A stretch of DNA of 64,000 nt from Paragordius varius (taxonomy: Eukaryota > Animalia > Nematomorpha): the NCBI GenBank assembly GCA_964247055.1, contig OZ176050.1:12462001-12526000 (forward strand), written 5' to 3'. Shown piece after piece: positions 60,620-64,000 of this stretch (position 1 is its first letter; each line of letters begins with the position of its first letter). The position numbers and the translations under genes are program-made. Below the pieces are notes generated by a model. The model was given only the letters and a program-made list of their open reading frames with translations, was not told where the DNA came from and searched no databases.

Positions 60620-63443
60620 CCATTTACAATTTAATTTCACCCTTAAACAATTTAAATTCACCCTCAAATAAAATATAAATTTTTTAAGATTAAAAGTTAC
60701 CCTTATTTTCATATATTTTTAAAAAATAAAAATTTTGTTTTAAATTAAAATAATACTGTAAAATAATAAACCATAACATAAACATATATTTCATATTAAT
60801 AATGGGTTATATTAGTTCGAAAATACATAAATTAATTTTAGGGTGAATTTGAATTGTTCAAAGGTGAATTTGAATTGTTCAAGAGCGAATTTGAATTTAA
60901 GGGTGAATTTGAACTGTAAATGGTATATATATATATATATATATGTATATATGCCCAGATTTTAGCAGTGTAGAAGTGTATTTATAATTGATTCGTTTGC
61001 TATTCGATTTTATGTAACACAGAATTGTGAAATTATGTTCAAGTATAATTTTTCAAAAATTAAATAACAAATTTGGGATAATTTATAGATGTTTGAAAAC
61101 TTTACTGAAATTCGCAATCAATTATATATCTATAAAACGTATTTTATGTATTTAATATAAGTATTAAAAAATTCCAAGGTATTTTTTTTATATTTTAACG
61201 ATTATATATACATTCAGATAAATAATTCTTGACTATGTCTAGACATTTTTTAAAAAAAAACTTTTATATTTATAAATGTTGTAGGCCGCGATGAAATGAA
61301 TATTGGTGCGGGGGATCAGGGTATAATGTTTGGATATGCAACAGGTTATTCAAATAGTTTTCTATAATTTATACATTAACTTAGCTCTATAATTTATAAA
61401 TTTGAATACCAAACACAGACTTAATTTAGATTTTATTATCTATTTTGAAACATCAATTTCCAATATTTAGCTAAAATTTTCTGTTATCTGTATTTTTATC
61501 TTGATTTCAAATTTTTCTCATAAGCTAAAGCTATATATATATATTTAATATTTTTTATATTTATTTTTAAACACACCAGATGAGACGAGCGAATGTATGC
61601 CCTTGACCCTAGTGTTAGCACACAATCTTAATAAAAAATTATCTGAACTTCGGCGAAACGGAACATTAAAATGGTCTAAACCAGATTCAAAAGCTCAAGT
61701 GAGTTAATAAGTTTGATAAAAATAAATTTTGAATTAAAAGAGGATAAATATATTTATTAATTTTAAATAAGTTATGTTAAAATTTTATATTTTTAAGTTG
61801 AATTGTGAAAGTATGGTATATATTTTTATGTTTTACTAAAGCTTTTTTAAAAATACAATATCGAATCATTCGTTTTCTTTGTCATATAGTGAGATTAGTT
61901 ATATTAGTTTTTTTACCAATATGACTTTGGCATGACACATTAATTAATTTTTTATTAAAGTGGTTGAAAAAATATCAGGTTTTCCTTTTCTGTTGGTTTA
62001 AGTCAAATTGTTGTTTTGGCCTTCTTTGTCAAAAACTGTCATTTGACTGTTTTGACAAACTAAGTTGTTATTACTTTATAAATTTGGCACACCACCAGCA
62101 GAGTTGGCCTTTGTAGTTTTTTTTTCGTCAAAAGGAAAGCTTTTATAGATTATTAAATTTTGGCATTTATTATATTACAAAGTGGAGAAACACATGTTTA
62201 CGAATTCCATGTTGTAGTCAATTATCCAAAAACCTCTCGACACATTTTTTCGAATGCGCATTTACCATGTGCTTAATGTTTTACGCGGTCCGCTTATTTA
62301 ACTAAGCTTACCATATATTAATTATATAGTCAATAAATAATTCTTGTTGTATCTTAAGAGAGATAAATTAAGATGATATTTTTTCAGGGATATTATTTGC
62401 TCCAAAATTAGCGCATATAAAGCACTCAATGTGTCATTAAGTTAATTTCTGTCTTCCCACACCAAATTTTTAGCCTATTTTTTACAGACTCTATTTATCA
62501 AGATAAATTGTTAATTTTTCATTACATATTGCCAGATATAATACACAACAAAGAGGCAATATTATTGGTTTGATTCGGTGGGCTATAAAATTGTATATTA
62601 CCCCTTCTTGCTGATCATTAATTCTACTCTTTATTGTTATTGCTATCTGGTAATACTCAAAATATGACAAACTAAATTTTATTTTAGGTCACTATAGAAT
62701 ACGGGCTAGAAAGTGGTTCCTGTGTTCCACTGCGTTGTCACACGATAGTCATGTCCTGCCAACATGACACGAAAACTACGGTTGAACAAGTGAGACACGA
62801 TGTTATGGACCATGTTATAAAATCTGTGATTCCAGCTAGCTTGCTCGATTCCCAAACCATTTACCGCATAAATCCGGCCGGACATTGGGTCCTAGGAGGT
62901 CCTATGGTAAGAGTTTTTTTACATCCTTTGAAAAATTGTAAAGTATCATCGCAATTGATTTTCATAATTTTTATTTTAATTACTTTGGTGCGAATAATGG
63001 TTTTACTAAATAAAAATGGCTGTTTATTTGGTGTTTTTTTAACTAAATTTCAAAACATCGAAAAGATTATTTAAAACTTATTTTAAAAAATGAGAATTTA
63101 TTTATGCGATAATTTACATATTTAACGAACATATATATATATATATATATATGATATTTTTAAATTTTTTTCCTTTTAAATAATCAATTTTAAATAATAT
63201 CTTATTCTCTAAAGAGACTAAAACCCTATAATCGTATTTTTATTGCTTCTATTTTTTTAGGCGGACGCTGGATTAACCGGTCGCAAAATTATCGTTGACA
63301 CTTATGGAGGTTGGGGTGCTCATGGAGGTGGCGCATTTTCTGGCAAAGATTATACCAAAGTTGACCGATCAGCTGCTTATGCTGCCCGCTGGGTTGCTCT
63401 TAGTTTAGTTCGGTCCGGTTTGTGCAAACGGGTTTTGGTTCAA
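57507..63443 (+). CDS. MAT: S-adenosylmethionine synthetase (MAT), 3' end beyond the window; exons 57507-57696, 57797-57874, 59999-60072, 60423-60549, 61285-61344, 61580-61698, 62688-62906, 63261-63443
   Basis: [86 protein letters not shown]. Introns 100-2124 nt. Confidence 0.96.
60618..60925. mobile_element. MITE with TACCATTT termini, copy 2, inside a (TA)n tract in a MAT intron
   Basis: Inverted homologue of 18423-18710. (TA)n on both sides. Confidence 0.8.
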
Positions 63444-64000
63444 GTATGTCCCCGTTATATTTAATCAAATTGAAGATCATTGCAAAAAAAATATTTTATC
63501 AAATCATTTTTTTTAAAATAATTAAAGGATAACTTAAAACATAAATACTAGTGGAACTATTTTTATATTATAAGACATTTTGGTTATGTGTATGTTAAAT
63601 TTCTTTCGTCTGCGTTTTTATGTTGAAATGCTATCAATAAAAGTAGTGTATTAATGCGCCGTTTTCGCTTTTATATTATCATTGAATGATAAATATTGAT
63701 GATTATGGGTCTTAATAATAAGCCCGAGTGCTACCTCCCCTTGATGTTTACTGAATTACCGTTGTTGAAGTGTTGAATGTTTTAAAACATTGACTTTGCA
63801 TAGAGTTTTTTACAAGTGCATGTGAAAAGTAAACTCTCACCATGTATTCGATAGAGAATGATAAATTTAAATTTTGATGTCTTACTCTTGCACACAATCT
63901 TAACTTATCACAATCTAATGATACTATTATTCATCATCTGATAAAGCTTCTCTTTCATAATGCAATCAATAAATAATCTCAAATATTTTTTGTGTTGTCT

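Overview
Strongly AT-rich, TE-dense window from an animal (probably bilaterian invertebrate) nuclear genome; I cannot name the taxon. Host genes reconstructed by hand from GT-AG splice sites with frame checks: SSR4/TRAP-delta (6183-6763 +), a low-complexity orphan gene (14010-19489 -), an insulin-receptor-substrate (IRS/chico-like) gene (28984-44781 +), a kinase-less TGF-beta type-I-receptor/BAMBI-like gene (45526-46858 -, 5' exon not found), S-adenosylmethionine synthetase (57507 to beyond the window end, +), and possibly two 3' exons of an unidentified gene (4824-5117). Mobile DNA: two young Ty3/gypsy (Mag-like) LTR elements, one old internally deleted LTR copy, a full-length RTE LINE, an apparently intact Tc1/IS630-type transposon, mariner and hAT relics, many MITEs and a large palindromic foldback. 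Main finding: the ORF track hides a second intron class. SSR4 has three 22-23-nt introns and the Tc1 transposase has four 23-25-nt introns, while all 31 introns modelled in the other genes are 65 nt or longer. Two non-overlapping intron size classes therefore appear to segregate gene by gene, and a transposon uses the micro-intron class. All splice models are inferred from sequence only and need RNA confirmation.
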